Positions 17,736 through 27,676 of a DNA stretch of 64,000 nucleotides are shown here, one piece after another. The stretch is taken from positions 134,835 to 198,834 of the IMG/VR virus record IMGVR_UViG_3300048113_001121, one strand, 5' to 3'. Made by a program: the position numbers and the translations under genes. Within the stretch, counting starts at the first letter, position 1. Each line of letters opens with the position of its first letter. The notes under the pieces were generated by a model. It saw nothing but the letters and a program-made list of their open reading frames with translations, was not told where the DNA came from and made no database searches. This stretch comes from a virus.

Positions 17736-20114
17736 TTAAGCTATATCAAATTTTTGTAATTCTTCAATTGAGTGTTCTCTAGCTCTTCTCTTAGGACTTC
17801 CTGAATTAACATCAGCAAAATATAATGTAGACTCTTTAGGGTTACTAAACTCAGGTACACCTTTACTAATTAAGAATTTTACAGCAACTTCGGCAGCTGT
17901 TTTATCATCTAACATCTTATCAGGGTCACTAACGATATCAATACCAACTTTATTTCCATATTTTTGATAATTAGCTTTACCCGTTAATTGGTTATAACCT
18001 CTACCAACGTATTTTGAACCATCATTTTTATTATTATTACCAATTCTACCATTATATACTAAATTAAAAAACTTATCATAGTCTCTCTTTAAATCATTTA
18101 ATTCTGAATCAGACATCTTTCTAGTTTTTGAAAATATTTTATTAATTCTACGATTAGATGTATTATGATAACCTCTTTCTTTTTTATTAATAAAATGAGT
18201 TTCTTTACCTATTACCGCTAACATACCAATTTGTGCGACTGGGTCTGTAATACCGTTCTCAATCATAGTATCAATTAATCTTTGTATTCCTTTAGATGCT
18301 TTACCTGAGTACGTATGAGTTATCTTACCATCTAATGTAGTAAACTCCTTACTTGAATATGTATATTTTTCTATATCCTTATCTTCTATATTTTCATTTT
18401 TTAATTTATTATACATTAAATCTTTAGTTCCTGTAGAAAAAATCCCGTTTTCCTCTAATTTGTTGTCTCTCTTAAATTTATTTAACGCTCTTTCTGTTTC
18501 GGGTCCGAATAACCCATCGACACCATACACCGGTAATTCATAACCTAATAAAGATAATCCAATCTGAAATGACTCAACATCTTGTTTAAATCTCATATTT
18601 TTACGGTCACTTCTTTCGATGTCACCTTCAATATTGTTAATATTAACTAATAATTGATTACTATCAGCATCGACTAATTCAGCCTTGTCTGCTTGTTCAT
18701 TTAATCCTTTTGATTCATTTATTTTTTCTTTAAGTTTTCTTACGAACTCTTTTTGAATCATCTTAACAAACTTAACATATGGTGAATCACCTCTATCTTT
18801 ACTATACTTGTACTTACCTTCAGGTTTTCTCTTACCTCTTCCGAAGTAATTTAACGCAGATATGTTTGTAATACATTTGTGTCCACCTGAGTTAGCTTGA
18901 ATCATTTCCCATGCCGGTACACCTAACTTATCTAATATAGCCCACTCATCTTCAGTTAACTTAGTAGATGGTTTGTCCATAATATCTTTTAATTTTTCCA
19001 TATAGTCATCACCCCCATCCATTGAACGAACCTTATCACCATAAAAGGCTTCTAAATCCGCATTAGTGAAACCAACTGACTCATCTCCAAATTGTTTATT
19101 ACCTTCTGATATCCATTTGATAGTAGATAAAGGAATTATCTTTTCTCTTAATTGACTCTCCCATTTACTTAATACTTCTTGAGCTATATCACCTAAGTTA
19201 ACACCTTTCAATTCTCTCTCACCTTTAAATGGGTTACATGACGCTTGTACTAACCCCATTGGCCAAGCGATTACTATAAAGTCAGCTTCAGGATTATTTT
19301 TAAATGGAGTATAACGGTCATAAGAACCTGGTTTAAACATTGAACCTCCTCCGTATTGTACTATAATTCCGTCATCAACATAAACTTTATCACTATCTTT
19401 TTGTTTCTGTACATAATCTTTTTGATTTAAAGCCATCTCTTCAGGTAACGCATACCCCTTTTCAGCAGCTAATCTATTAATGTTTTGAAATATGTTTAAT
19501 AGTGATGGTTGAGATGTCATTACTAAATCTTCCATAAAACCTGGTTTATTCTTATAAGCTAACATAAGTTTGTTAGTTGCTAAACCTAAGGCCATTTTAT
19601 TTTTCTGTAATGACTTATCTTTTTGTAATTTAAATACAAAATTCATTATATCTTGTGGTTCTAACCCATACTTAGCAAAATCTGCAGAATCGACTGTAGA
19701 TATTAATCTAATATCATCGGCAGTAAAGATATCACTTGGTGACATTATTTGAGATAAAGTCTCAACATTTGAACGTGACGACCTGAATGATGTTGATGTG
19801 TCGCCTTCCACACCTGTTTGACTATCATGATGGTCTGTATGTACAACAAACATCGGCTTTCCATGTGCGAAATCAACTAAAACCGGCATCGTATCACCTT
19901 TAGCATCTTGTTTCTTTACCGCAAATTCCTTATCACCGTATTGTATTATTTCAGAATCAACAACTTTAATTCCATTATTCTCTAAATAATTTTTCATAGC
20001 TAAGGCAGTCGTAACACCGTCTAAATCTTGATGAAAATATATTTTAGCTTTCTCATATCTCTTAGATAAATCGTTGATATTTCTTAATCCTGATTCTTTA
20101 ATTAATTTTTTCAT
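17736..20114 (-). CDS. DHH-like phosphoesterase + peptidoglycan-binding + GH19 (chitinase/endolysin-like) fusion
   Basis: FHQDLDG, VDFAH, TDHH; LSLLGYELPVYGVDGLFGPETERALNKFK (PG_binding_1); YVGRGYNQLTGKANYQKYG..DPD (GH19). Confidence 0.75.
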   Translation of the reverse strand: MKKLIKESGLRNINDLSKRYEKAKIYFHQDLDGVTTALAMKNYLENNGIKVVDSEIIQYGDKEFAVKKQDAKGDTMPVLVDFAHGKPMFVVHTDHHDSQTGVEGDTSTSFRSSRSNVETLSQIMSPSDIFTADDIRLISTVDSADFAKYGLEPQDIMNFVFKLQKDKSLQKNKMALGLATNKLMLAYKNKPGFMEDLVMTSQPSLLNIFQNINRLAAEKGYALPEEMALNQKDYVQKQKDSDKVYVDDGIIVQYGGGSMFKPGSYDRYTPFKNNPEADFIVIAWPMGLVQASCNPFKGERELKGVNLGDIAQEVLSKWESQLREKIIPLSTIKWISEGNKQFGDESVGFTNADLEAFYGDKVRSMDGGDDYMEKLKDIMDKPSTKLTEDEWAILDKLGVPAWEMIQANSGGHKCITNISALNYFGRGKRKPEGKYKYSKDRGDSPYVKFVKMIQKEFVRKLKEKINESKGLNEQADKAELVDADSNQLLVNINNIEGDIERSDRKNMRFKQDVESFQIGLSLLGYELPVYGVDGLFGPETERALNKFKRDNKLEENGIFSTGTKDLMYNKLKNENIEDKDIEKYTYSSKEFTTLDGKITHTYSGKASKGIQRLIDTMIENGITDPVAQIGMLAVIGKETHFINKKERGYHNTSNRRINKIFSKTRKMSDSELNDLKRDYDKFFNLVYNGRIGNNNKNDGSKYVGRGYNQLTGKANYQKYGNKVGIDIVSDPDKMLDDKTAAEVAVKFLISKGVPEFSNPKESTLYFADVNSGSPKRRAREHSIEELQKFDIA

Positions 20115-20680
20115 GATATAAACATATTTTTTTCTTTTGTTCTTCTATTCTTAAGACCATCATTCGAGGACTTATATGATAAAATACTTTCTGCCGCTTT
20201 TTTATTTTGACCAGATTTAACATATTGTATAAATCTTGACATTCTAACTGAATCACATCCAGTATTAAAAACTAATGATATTAACGAATCAAATTGTCCT
20301 TGAGTTAACATATACGTTTTTAATCCTTTATCTTTCCATTCCCCTAAAAATCTTCTAACGCAGTCGGCAGCCTCCGAAGCATCTTTATAAAGTAACTCTA
20401 ACGCAGTTTTTTTATCTATCACTAAACCACGTTTTACATCACTACCAGTGTGTCCATAACCGATAGTTAAAACTCCACTTGTGTCTTTATAAGCCTTTAA
20501 TACTGGCGCCTTTATGTTACCAATTGGTTTTTTGGGGTCACCTTCTTCAAATTTAATATGGTCCCAAAAGTTTTGACTGGCCTTCATTATCGTACCATCT
20601 TTTTTGTCAGAGTCACTTTCAATTAAATACATTTTACGTATTTGAGACTCTTCCGATTCATTTATAAATAACTTTGACAT
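20111..20680 (-). CDS. phage lysozyme (GH24) with head-protein-like leader
   Basis: EEG..., AYKDTSGVLTIGYGHTG, QGQFDSLISLVFNTG, GLKNRRTKE; leader INESEESQIRKMYLIES. Confidence 0.88.
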   Translation of the reverse strand: MSKLFINESEESQIRKMYLIESDSDKKDGTIMKASQNFWDHIKFEEGDPKKPIGNIKAPVLKAYKDTSGVLTIGYGHTGSDVKRGLVIDKKTALELLYKDASEAADCVRRFLGEWKDKGLKTYMLTQGQFDSLISLVFNTGCDSVRMSRFIQYVKSGQNKKAAESILSYKSSNDGLKNRRTKEKNMFIS

Positions 20681-20722
20681 AAAAACTTTTATTAATAAAT
20701 ATCTATAATAACAAAAAACCCC

Positions 20723-20893
20723 TCACTTTGTAGGGGTTTCACTCATTAATGATATTGAACATGCGATGATATTATCAAACCACACTTTTTTAGGGTTACT
20801 TAGACTTCCTTTTTTAAATGTTTTTACATGACCATCAGTTGTTACTATAGTGATTGAGTCGTGGTTCTTAATACTAATTTCTCGTATGTTCAT
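20723..20893 (-). CDS. small hypothetical protein not in the ORF track (56 aa)
   Basis: MNIREISIKNHDSITIVTTDGHVKTF...; overlaps the MTase stop. Confidence 0.5.
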   Translation of the reverse strand: MNIREISIKNHDSITIVTTDGHVKTFKKGSLSNPKKVWFDNIIACSISLMSETPTK

Positions 20894-21752
20894 CTAAAAC
20901 TAACTTCAACTGTTTTTGTTCAGTTTGATACTCTTTTAGTCTTTCTCTGGCAACTTCACAGTAATTTTTACTGATATCCATACCAATCCAAGGTCTACCT
21001 AACATTTCCGCAGCTAAACAAGTAGTCCCACTTCCGTTGAATGGGTCCATAACTACATCTTCTTTATATGAAAGAATTTTAATCGCCCTATATGGTATAT
21101 CCAATGAAAATGTCGCCTTTGTTTTTTGTCTTGTATCCGCAAAATAATTCCACTGACCAAAGACTAAAGACATAAAATCTTTTTTATCTTTATCCTCATA
21201 GACTAACTTCTTTCTAAACTCACCTTCAATTTTTTCATTAGGAACCATTTGAAACTCACCTTTCCATTGAGGGGTTCCTTTAATATCTTTCTTATGTTTT
21301 TTCTTATAAGCAAGAATCACACACTCCTTAGGATTATAGATATATGGTGAAGACGGGCTCATCCAACTACCCCAAGCAGTTGTTTTTGAACGATGTGGGG
21401 AATCTTCTTCTAAATCTACAATACCAAAGAAACCAAACCCAATCTCTTTCATTATCATCCAAAATTCAGCAGAAAAATATATTCTACCACCTTTTTTTTG
21501 TCTGTTAATTTCGTAAGGAATGTTTAGTGCTATACGACCATCGTCTTTAAGTACTCGATAAGTCTCTCTTAACCATTCTCTTGTAAATTTCCAGTACTCG
21601 GCTATTTCTTTATCATCATCCCAACTATCATAATCAATACCAACACCATAAGGTGGACTAGTAACAACTAAGTCTACAGTTTTTTCGGACATCTCCGACA
21701 TAAGTTTACGGCCATCACCGCAATAAATTTTATTCTTCTCCATTTTGTTCAA
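20874..21752 (-). CDS. DNA amino-methyltransferase, beta class (probably N4-cytosine)
   Basis: motif IV LVVTSPPY precedes motif I VMDPFNGSGTT; ATFSLDIP. Confidence 0.9.
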   Translation of the reverse strand: MNKMEKNKIYCGDGRKLMSEMSEKTVDLVVTSPPYGVGIDYDSWDDDKEIAEYWKFTREWLRETYRVLKDDGRIALNIPYEINRQKKGGRIYFSAEFWMIMKEIGFGFFGIVDLEEDSPHRSKTTAWGSWMSPSSPYIYNPKECVILAYKKKHKKDIKGTPQWKGEFQMVPNEKIEGEFRKKLVYEDKDKKDFMSLVFGQWNYFADTRQKTKATFSLDIPYRAIKILSYKEDVVMDPFNGSGTTCLAAEMLGRPWIGMDISKNYCEVARERLKEYQTEQKQLKLVLDEHTRN

Positions 21753-21966
21753 TTGTTTTAATTCTTCTATCTAAATAAAATAACGCTTTTTTTAAATCTT
21801 GTACAGGTGGGTTGTCATCTTTTTTTCCACTTCTAACTATATACTTTAATACGTTAAATAGATATGCATCTTCATCTAACCCTGTAGCTTCTGCTATTTT
21901 TATAACCTCATATGGGTTATCTTCACCACCATAATGGTCAGGGTGTGATACTAATTCTTTACTCAT
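21730..21966 (-). CDS. DUF3310 family phage protein
   Basis: VSHPDHYG, NVLKYIVRSGKK, DLKKALFYL. Confidence 0.8.
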   Translation of the reverse strand: MSKELVSHPDHYGGEDNPYEVIKIAEATGLDEDAYLFNVLKYIVRSGKKDDNPPVQDLKKALFYLDRRIKTIEQNGEE

Positions 21967-22174
21967 TACCTTTAGCTTTTAAAACATAATAGTCATCAGC
22001 GTGTTTACTAACCTCTATTAAGTCTCTATTAATTAATTGTTTTAAAATTATTCTAGTTTTTTCTGTAGACTCACATAAAATATAATCCGATATGTAATTG
22101 ATATGAATAGGTACCCTAAGTTTACCTGTTAACATATTCATACGTTCTGTTGGTATTTCAAATTTTTCACTCAT
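21959..22174 (-). CDS. hypothetical (winged-helix-like) protein
   Basis: short ORF in operon. Confidence 0.5.
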   Translation of the reverse strand: MSEKFEIPTERMNMLTGKLRVPIHINYISDYILCESTEKTRIILKQLINRDLIEVSKHADDYYVLKAKGNE

Positions 22175-22185
22175 AGTATTATCAT

Positions 22186-23148
22186 TTAATTATTAATTTT
22201 CCATTTATTGTAAGGTATCATACTATAAGGATGTCTTTCAAAAAAACTTTCATGAATAAAAGTATACTCATTTTCTTGTTTTTTATCAAGATACGCACCC
22301 CAAAATGATAACGTTGAATTTGATAATATGTGTTTATCACACATACTCATCATATGAACCGCAATATACGGGTCTTCATCAATATAAACAAACTTTTCCT
22401 TAGGAAACCCTAATTTGTTTACGAAATTTTTGGCAGATTCTAAATTATCTGAAAACACAAGTACTTTATGTCCCTCACTCTCATTATTTAAAATTTTAAT
22501 AACCCATTCTTCAGGTATTAATTTTATATCAAAAAAATTATCTTGTCTACCTCCACCCATTCTTAGATGTAAGGATATACTATTTTTAAATAAACTACCA
22601 TAATTGTATTCAATATAATTTGTTATATTTTCATCAGGTTCGAATATTTCTAAAATATAATCCCTCTCGTGATGCCAATACAATTTATTAAAAAAGTAAC
22701 CCTGAAATAGGTAAGGTGGTTTTACTTTTTGTTTTAAATCGTAGTACACTCCACCTTCACCAGTATCTATATCCCACCCTAAACTTTGGTCAAACCACCA
22801 TTCAAAGGCATTAGGTCTACTATCGAACCACGGTAATTTAGGGTAAACATCACCAAATGATATATGTGGGTCTTTTAATATGTGTCCACCCCATGGGTCA
22901 AAATGTATATTTCTACCATTTCGATTAAGATGTTTATTAAATTTAGAACTCTCTGATTGATGTGTAGTCCAATAACCAACAATTGGGTCATAACCCATTT
23001 CTTTAGCGTAGACCATTAAGGTTGCTGTCTGAAACATCATATTACCCAAACCACCCGCTAAAAGAACTGATACAGTTTTATCTGTAATATTAACGTCTAT
23101 AGGGTTTTGAAGTTTCATTAGTTTTGAGGTTTTTTTATTAAGACCCAT
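22186..23148 (-). CDS. alpha-1,2-fucosyltransferase-like glycosyltransferase (GT11)
   Basis: GGLGNMMFQ, QGYF, SLHLRMG, VFSDN, MSMCDKHILSNSTLSFWGAYL. Confidence 0.88.
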   Translation of the reverse strand: MGLNKKTSKLMKLQNPIDVNITDKTVSVLLAGGLGNMMFQTATLMVYAKEMGYDPIVGYWTTHQSESSKFNKHLNRNGRNIHFDPWGGHILKDPHISFGDVYPKLPWFDSRPNAFEWWFDQSLGWDIDTGEGGVYYDLKQKVKPPYLFQGYFFNKLYWHHERDYILEIFEPDENITNYIEYNYGSLFKNSISLHLRMGGGRQDNFFDIKLIPEEWVIKILNNESEGHKVLVFSDNLESAKNFVNKLGFPKEKFVYIDEDPYIAVHMMSMCDKHILSNSTLSFWGAYLDKKQENEYTFIHESFFERHPYSMIPYNKWKINN

Positions 23149-23540
23149 TTATGTTCAGAATTTAGTTCAACACTTAGAACAAATTCTTGATTCCACATTT
23201 CAGGTTCTATTAATGATAAGAAATATTTTCCATCATCTCCATAATAAAGATAATAAATATGACCTATTATCGGCTCAAAAGAAAATTTAGACTCATACAC
23301 TATTTGATTTAATTTAACTTCATCAACTAAATTATTATATTCATCTACTAATTCTTGGTATTTTTTATTGAATTTTTTCTGTATCTTTTGTACATTCCTT
23401 TGTTTGTAGGATGAAATATCTTCTATTTTAATAACGGGCGCCGATACGCTACTCCCATAAGGTAATATATTTGCGTTATATTTTTGAGTTTCTTCGTCCC
23501 ATACAATATGGTCAGGTTTTTTAAGTTTAATGTTACTCAT
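23118..23540 (-). CDS. DUF2452-like protein
   Basis: LPYGSSVSAPVI, KFSFEPIIGHIYYLY, FLSLIEPEMW; Flavobacteria-type family from recollection. Confidence 0.6.
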   Translation of the reverse strand: MSNIKLKKPDHIVWDEETQKYNANILPYGSSVSAPVIKIEDISSYKQRNVQKIQKKFNKKYQELVDEYNNLVDEVKLNQIVYESKFSFEPIIGHIYYLYYGDDGKYFLSLIEPEMWNQEFVLSVELNSEHKWVLIKKPQN

Positions 23541-23541
23541 C

Positions 23542-24345
23542 TTAGGACTTTAATTCTTGAATTTTAATTGTTTGAAAAATATAGTTCATAACCTTTCTCT
23601 TAGCTATAGATAAAATAGAACCTTCTAACGGAAATTTTTCTTCATACCTAACCCTAAAAATAGGATATGAATCTTCTATCTGTTTTAAAAACTTTTCTGA
23701 TTTTTTTTCATTGAAAATAATAGCTTTACTTCTAATTAAATTAATTAGACTTTTTTTATCGGTTACGTCTATCACGTCACCTTTATAAATTAAATCTACT
23801 TTACATTTATTTTCATTAGTTGTTTTAGTGTAGGTATTAATTCTATATTGATAAACATGTAATAACTCATCATACACAATATAAAAAAACCCTATACCTG
23901 GTTTAGTATTTGTTTTTTTAAGGTCATTAAAGACAATTCGTATTGAAACATTATCATATAGTAATGTCCATATAGACTTACCTATTAAAAATAAATCCGT
24001 TAATCTACTCTGAGAAAACTTTATAATCTTTGATATTTCTTCTTTAGTTTCTTTACTATGTCTTAAATTATTATACACCAAGTCGTCTAATAATATTTCA
24101 TCATCAATATCGTCTGGTTCCCTATTAAGTGTAATATATCTAGAACGGTCCTTAATTGAACCAACGTTAGCTAAATGTAACGACAATTCTTGGAAGGATG
24201 GGTATAACTTAAATTCATCAAAGTCCTTATCAACTTTGGTAATATAGTCCATTAGAACATATTGTTTATGCTCTAAATCTATAGGTTCTTGTAAAATCCA
24301 ATTGGTATCTAATCTCATATTCTCTTTAGTCTTCCTTTTTCCCAA
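23542..24345 (-). CDS. hypothetical protein
   Basis: WI...IDLEHKQYVL..Y, KLYP..EL..H pattern. Confidence 0.6.
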   Translation of the reverse strand: MGKRKTKENMRLDTNWILQEPIDLEHKQYVLMDYITKVDKDFDEFKLYPSFQELSLHLANVGSIKDRSRYITLNREPDDIDDEILLDDLVYNNLRHSKETKEEISKIIKFSQSRLTDLFLIGKSIWTLLYDNVSIRIVFNDLKKTNTKPGIGFFYIVYDELLHVYQYRINTYTKTTNENKCKVDLIYKGDVIDVTDKKSLINLIRSKAIIFNEKKSEKFLKQIEDSYPIFRVRYEEKFPLEGSILSIAKRKVMNYIFQTIKIQELKS

Positions 24346-25745
24346 ACACTGTGGTTGGGCCCAAGCCTGTACCTAAAATAAGGCGAAGTATTGGCTCTGT
24401 AAAGACTAACGAGTCCAGCATCTTTCATTGAACTGAACATTGTTGAGAGATATCCTGAAAATACTACGTCTTCAGGGTCTTTTTCTAAGACATTAATTAA
24501 GAAATCTCTCTTACTGGCTGGTTCCCCTTCATTTGTTTTTTGAGTTATATAATTTAAAAATTTAATGTAAGCATTATCAGGATTTCTACTTTCAAAACGG
24601 TAATTTGAATGTGAGTTTACAGGGTTCCAAAACTTAAAACCTTCTTGATTACCCACACTTAACTCTTCATGTAATTCTTCAATAAAGAAATTAAATATAT
24701 CTCTAATAACTTTATAATTAGTATGTATAGTATTTTGACTTAATAAATGTGCTAAATCATATGGGTCCGATTTAGACTCAAGATATTCTACCATTTCATA
24801 TAGAGGTCTCCTATCATAAACATAATTTGGAGTACTGTTTCTTAATTCCCTAAATTCTATTTCCTCATCGTTATCACTTACTTTAATCATAATACGTTTT
24901 TCACCATACCAACCGACTACAAGTGGTCTCGTACCTTTATCATCACCAATTATATTAACTAACTTATCGTATAAAACATATTTTCTAATTTTACTAAAAT
25001 TAAACTTATTTTCTCTAATAAGTTTAATTAACATAATCTCTAAACTTTTAGATTCATCAACTTTATGATTTTCTTCAATATCTTTTTCAATCGAATTGAA
25101 AGCTGAATTTGTTTTTAAAAAACCTAACAGATTAGAATTAAAATTATCTTTAGCATCAAAAAGTGAGTACCTATCCTCAGCTACATTATAATGAATGGCG
25201 ATTTTATAATAATCATTATCTTTATTTAAATTTTTAAATATAAAATAATACAAAGGACCTCTATCATTATAGGCTCTAAATGCGTTACCACCAGATGTGG
25301 CTGACGTACACCATTTGGTACCCTGACCATAATAACATGATGATTTTTGAGTAAGTGGTTTAACTATTAAAACTTCAGAGTCCTCATATATCTTTGAGGT
25401 GCCCGATTCTACTTTAGTTTTTTCTTCACTTTTTGTGTCACCGTAAACTTCTAACGCATCGATAAGGTCATGAAGGTTTTTATATTGATTAATATCTTTG
25501 TATTGTAAGTTTTTCCTTACTCTATCAAATTTTTCAATCCAATTAATTACACTATCTAAAGAAATAATTGTATTACCAAAGTCATCAAAATTTCTTTTAA
25601 GTACCCAATTTACATATTTATAATTTGTTTTCTTATTGAATTCATGGTCTAAGAACTCCTCTATTGTTTTGCGTAACTCAGGGTTCTCATCAAAACGATT
25701 GAGTATATCTTCTCTTCTACCTTCTATTAAATTTAATAACTTCAT
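24315..25745 (-). CDS. putative head/ejected protein with CxYG-x-TxWC domain (paralog 1)
   Basis: MKLLNLIEG leader; KDINQYK; KIYEDSEVLIVKP..KSSCYYGQGTKWCTSA. Confidence 0.6.
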   Translation of the reverse strand: MKLLNLIEGRREDILNRFDENPELRKTIEEFLDHEFNKKTNYKYVNWVLKRNFDDFGNTIISLDSVINWIEKFDRVRKNLQYKDINQYKNLHDLIDALEVYGDTKSEEKTKVESGTSKIYEDSEVLIVKPLTQKSSCYYGQGTKWCTSATSGGNAFRAYNDRGPLYYFIFKNLNKDNDYYKIAIHYNVAEDRYSLFDAKDNFNSNLLGFLKTNSAFNSIEKDIEENHKVDESKSLEIMLIKLIRENKFNFSKIRKYVLYDKLVNIIGDDKGTRPLVVGWYGEKRIMIKVSDNDEEIEFRELRNSTPNYVYDRRPLYEMVEYLESKSDPYDLAHLLSQNTIHTNYKVIRDIFNFFIEELHEELSVGNQEGFKFWNPVNSHSNYRFESRNPDNAYIKFLNYITQKTNEGEPASKRDFLINVLEKDPEDVVFSGYLSTMFSSMKDAGLVSLYRANTSPYFRYRLGPNHSVWEKGRLKRI

Positions 25746-27364
25746 TATTCTGTTCTAAAAACGTGAAACCAAGTATCACCTATCATTACTTCATTATCTA
25801 ACCCATCGTAACTACTAAGAGAATTACCCACACCATCGCTATCAATTGCTGACTCAAATAACGCATCTTTATCGACATAGTCACTTATATCTAAACCATA
25901 ATCGGTCATACTAGCCATCATATCATACATGACATCATTAACTCTACTATTTACCATATCTTCAATTTGTTCCTCTGTCGGTTCACCTTCAGGGTCAGAT
26001 TCAATATATGTTATTTCATCATCTATTTCATTCCATCTATCTTCAGCTAATTCTACCTCATCTTCATTATATACGTCATCTACATTTCTAGTTATCTCAT
26101 CTAACTCTTCTGCCTCTTCTTTTAATTTGGCTACTTGAGATTCTTGTTCGTCTGATAGTGGTAATTCGTCTGTATCAAAATATGATTCATAATTATTATT
26201 TACATCATCTTCAAACATATCATAAAAATAATCTCTAACTTCCTGCTCATCAATATGACTTTCAATAAACGAGCTACTCCATCCGTCAGCCCCTTGGTCA
26301 TCCCATAGTCCTTCCATATATTCTTTAGCCGCTTGCCATACTTCATCCCACGTACCAACAGCAAAGGTTATTCCAGTATCATCATCACCTACCCATTCAA
26401 ATGTTGGTAAATCATAATGATTATACTGTGACGGGATTAAATCATATATAGACTCACCTTCTTCTTCTAAAACAGATACGCCGTACTCATCAACCATAAC
26501 TTCAAATACCGCATTAGCCTCCAGCGCTTGTTGGTCAGGTTCGTTTTCTAAATTCCATGAATCCTCTTCTTTTCTTTCATCCGCATCAGCCCTTAACTGA
26601 GCAATTCTACGTCTTTCAGCCACTCTTCTTAATCTTTCTCTTTCAAGTCTAGCCGCCTCTTTATCTTTAAAGATATTAATCTCTCTTTGGTAGTTAGTAT
26701 TAATGTATTTATCAATCGCGTTTTGAATTTCATCATATTCTGGAGTACCTAATATCCACCCATCTTTAAAAGATTTATCAGGTGCATCATAGAATGTTTT
26801 ATCTCCATCATATTTTTGTAATAAAGCCACTTTATAATATTTGTCATTACTTTTTGCTTTTTTATCTAAGATATAGAAAAGTTTACCATCTACATTGTAG
26901 TTATCGAAATGTGAAGAACCATTCATAGAGGCAGTACACCACTTAGTACCAGCACCATAATAACAACTCGCCTTATGTGTTTGAGGAGTTACAACCGTAA
27001 ATCGGTCATCTTCATAAACAACATCAGCACCATCAACAGATTTAACTGTACGTCTAACTTTATTCTCATGATTATTAATAGCAGTTATTATCTCATCTAA
27101 AGTTTTAAATTGATTAATATCTTTTTGTTGTAGAGCTTGTTGGTACTTAATAAATTTCTCAACTACTTTTTCAGCTTTACTTAAATTCTCATCAAAATTT
27201 TCTGTAGGTATAACTTTACCTAAAAATGTAAGGAATTTTTGATTAGGGGCTAATTGTCTAGATAGGGTAAAAACTTTTTTAAGTTGTTCGTCAGAAAACT
27301 TGTCTCTAAACATTCTTAAAAAATCATCCTTCCTACTTTCTAATAAAACTTGACTAAGATTCAT
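25745..27364 (-). CDS. putative head/ejected protein with CxYG-x-TxWC domain (paralog 2), acidic C-terminal half
   Basis: MNLSQVLLES leader; KDINQFK; VVYEDDRFTVVTP..KASCYYGAGTKWCTAS; TATTTAT upstream. Confidence 0.6.
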   Translation of the reverse strand: MNLSQVLLESRKDDFLRMFRDKFSDEQLKKVFTLSRQLAPNQKFLTFLGKVIPTENFDENLSKAEKVVEKFIKYQQALQQKDINQFKTLDEIITAINNHENKVRRTVKSVDGADVVYEDDRFTVVTPQTHKASCYYGAGTKWCTASMNGSSHFDNYNVDGKLFYILDKKAKSNDKYYKVALLQKYDGDKTFYDAPDKSFKDGWILGTPEYDEIQNAIDKYINTNYQREINIFKDKEAARLERERLRRVAERRRIAQLRADADERKEEDSWNLENEPDQQALEANAVFEVMVDEYGVSVLEEEGESIYDLIPSQYNHYDLPTFEWVGDDDTGITFAVGTWDEVWQAAKEYMEGLWDDQGADGWSSSFIESHIDEQEVRDYFYDMFEDDVNNNYESYFDTDELPLSDEQESQVAKLKEEAEELDEITRNVDDVYNEDEVELAEDRWNEIDDEITYIESDPEGEPTEEQIEDMVNSRVNDVMYDMMASMTDYGLDISDYVDKDALFESAIDSDGVGNSLSSYDGLDNEVMIGDTWFHVFRTE

Positions 27365-27466
27365 AATATTGTACTTTTATCATAAATATAAATAAAAACC
27401 GATTATTACACTAATTCATGGTTACTTATATTTATTATTATAAACTTTACTAAAAAAATATCAACT

Positions 27467-27598
27467 ATGGGATGCGGATGTAAAAACAAAAACAAAAACC
27501 AAACAAAACAAAGTTCACAAACTGTTAAAAGTACAAACACTCAAACTGTTAAAGAAGCCATCAAAAAGACGGTTGAAAAGTATTACGATAAGAAGTAA
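27467..27598 (+). CDS. small MGCGCK protein not in the ORF track (43 aa)
   Basis: MGCGCKNKNKNQTKQSSQTVKSTNTQTVKEAIKKTVEKYYDKK; TATTTAT upstream, terminator downstream. Confidence 0.65.
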   Translation: MGCGCKNKNKNQTKQSSQTVKSTNTQTVKEAIKKTVEKYYDKK

Positions 27599-27626
27599 TT
27601 AAACAAAATAAGGGATTGGGGTAAAT

Positions 27627-27652
27627 AGGTGAGGTAAAACTCACCTTTTTTT
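27627..27652 (+). terminator. intrinsic terminator
   Basis: AGGTGAG-GTAAAA-CTCACCT followed by a T run. Confidence 0.8.
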
Positions 27653-27676
27653 ATATTTATATGTAAATAACGTGTT

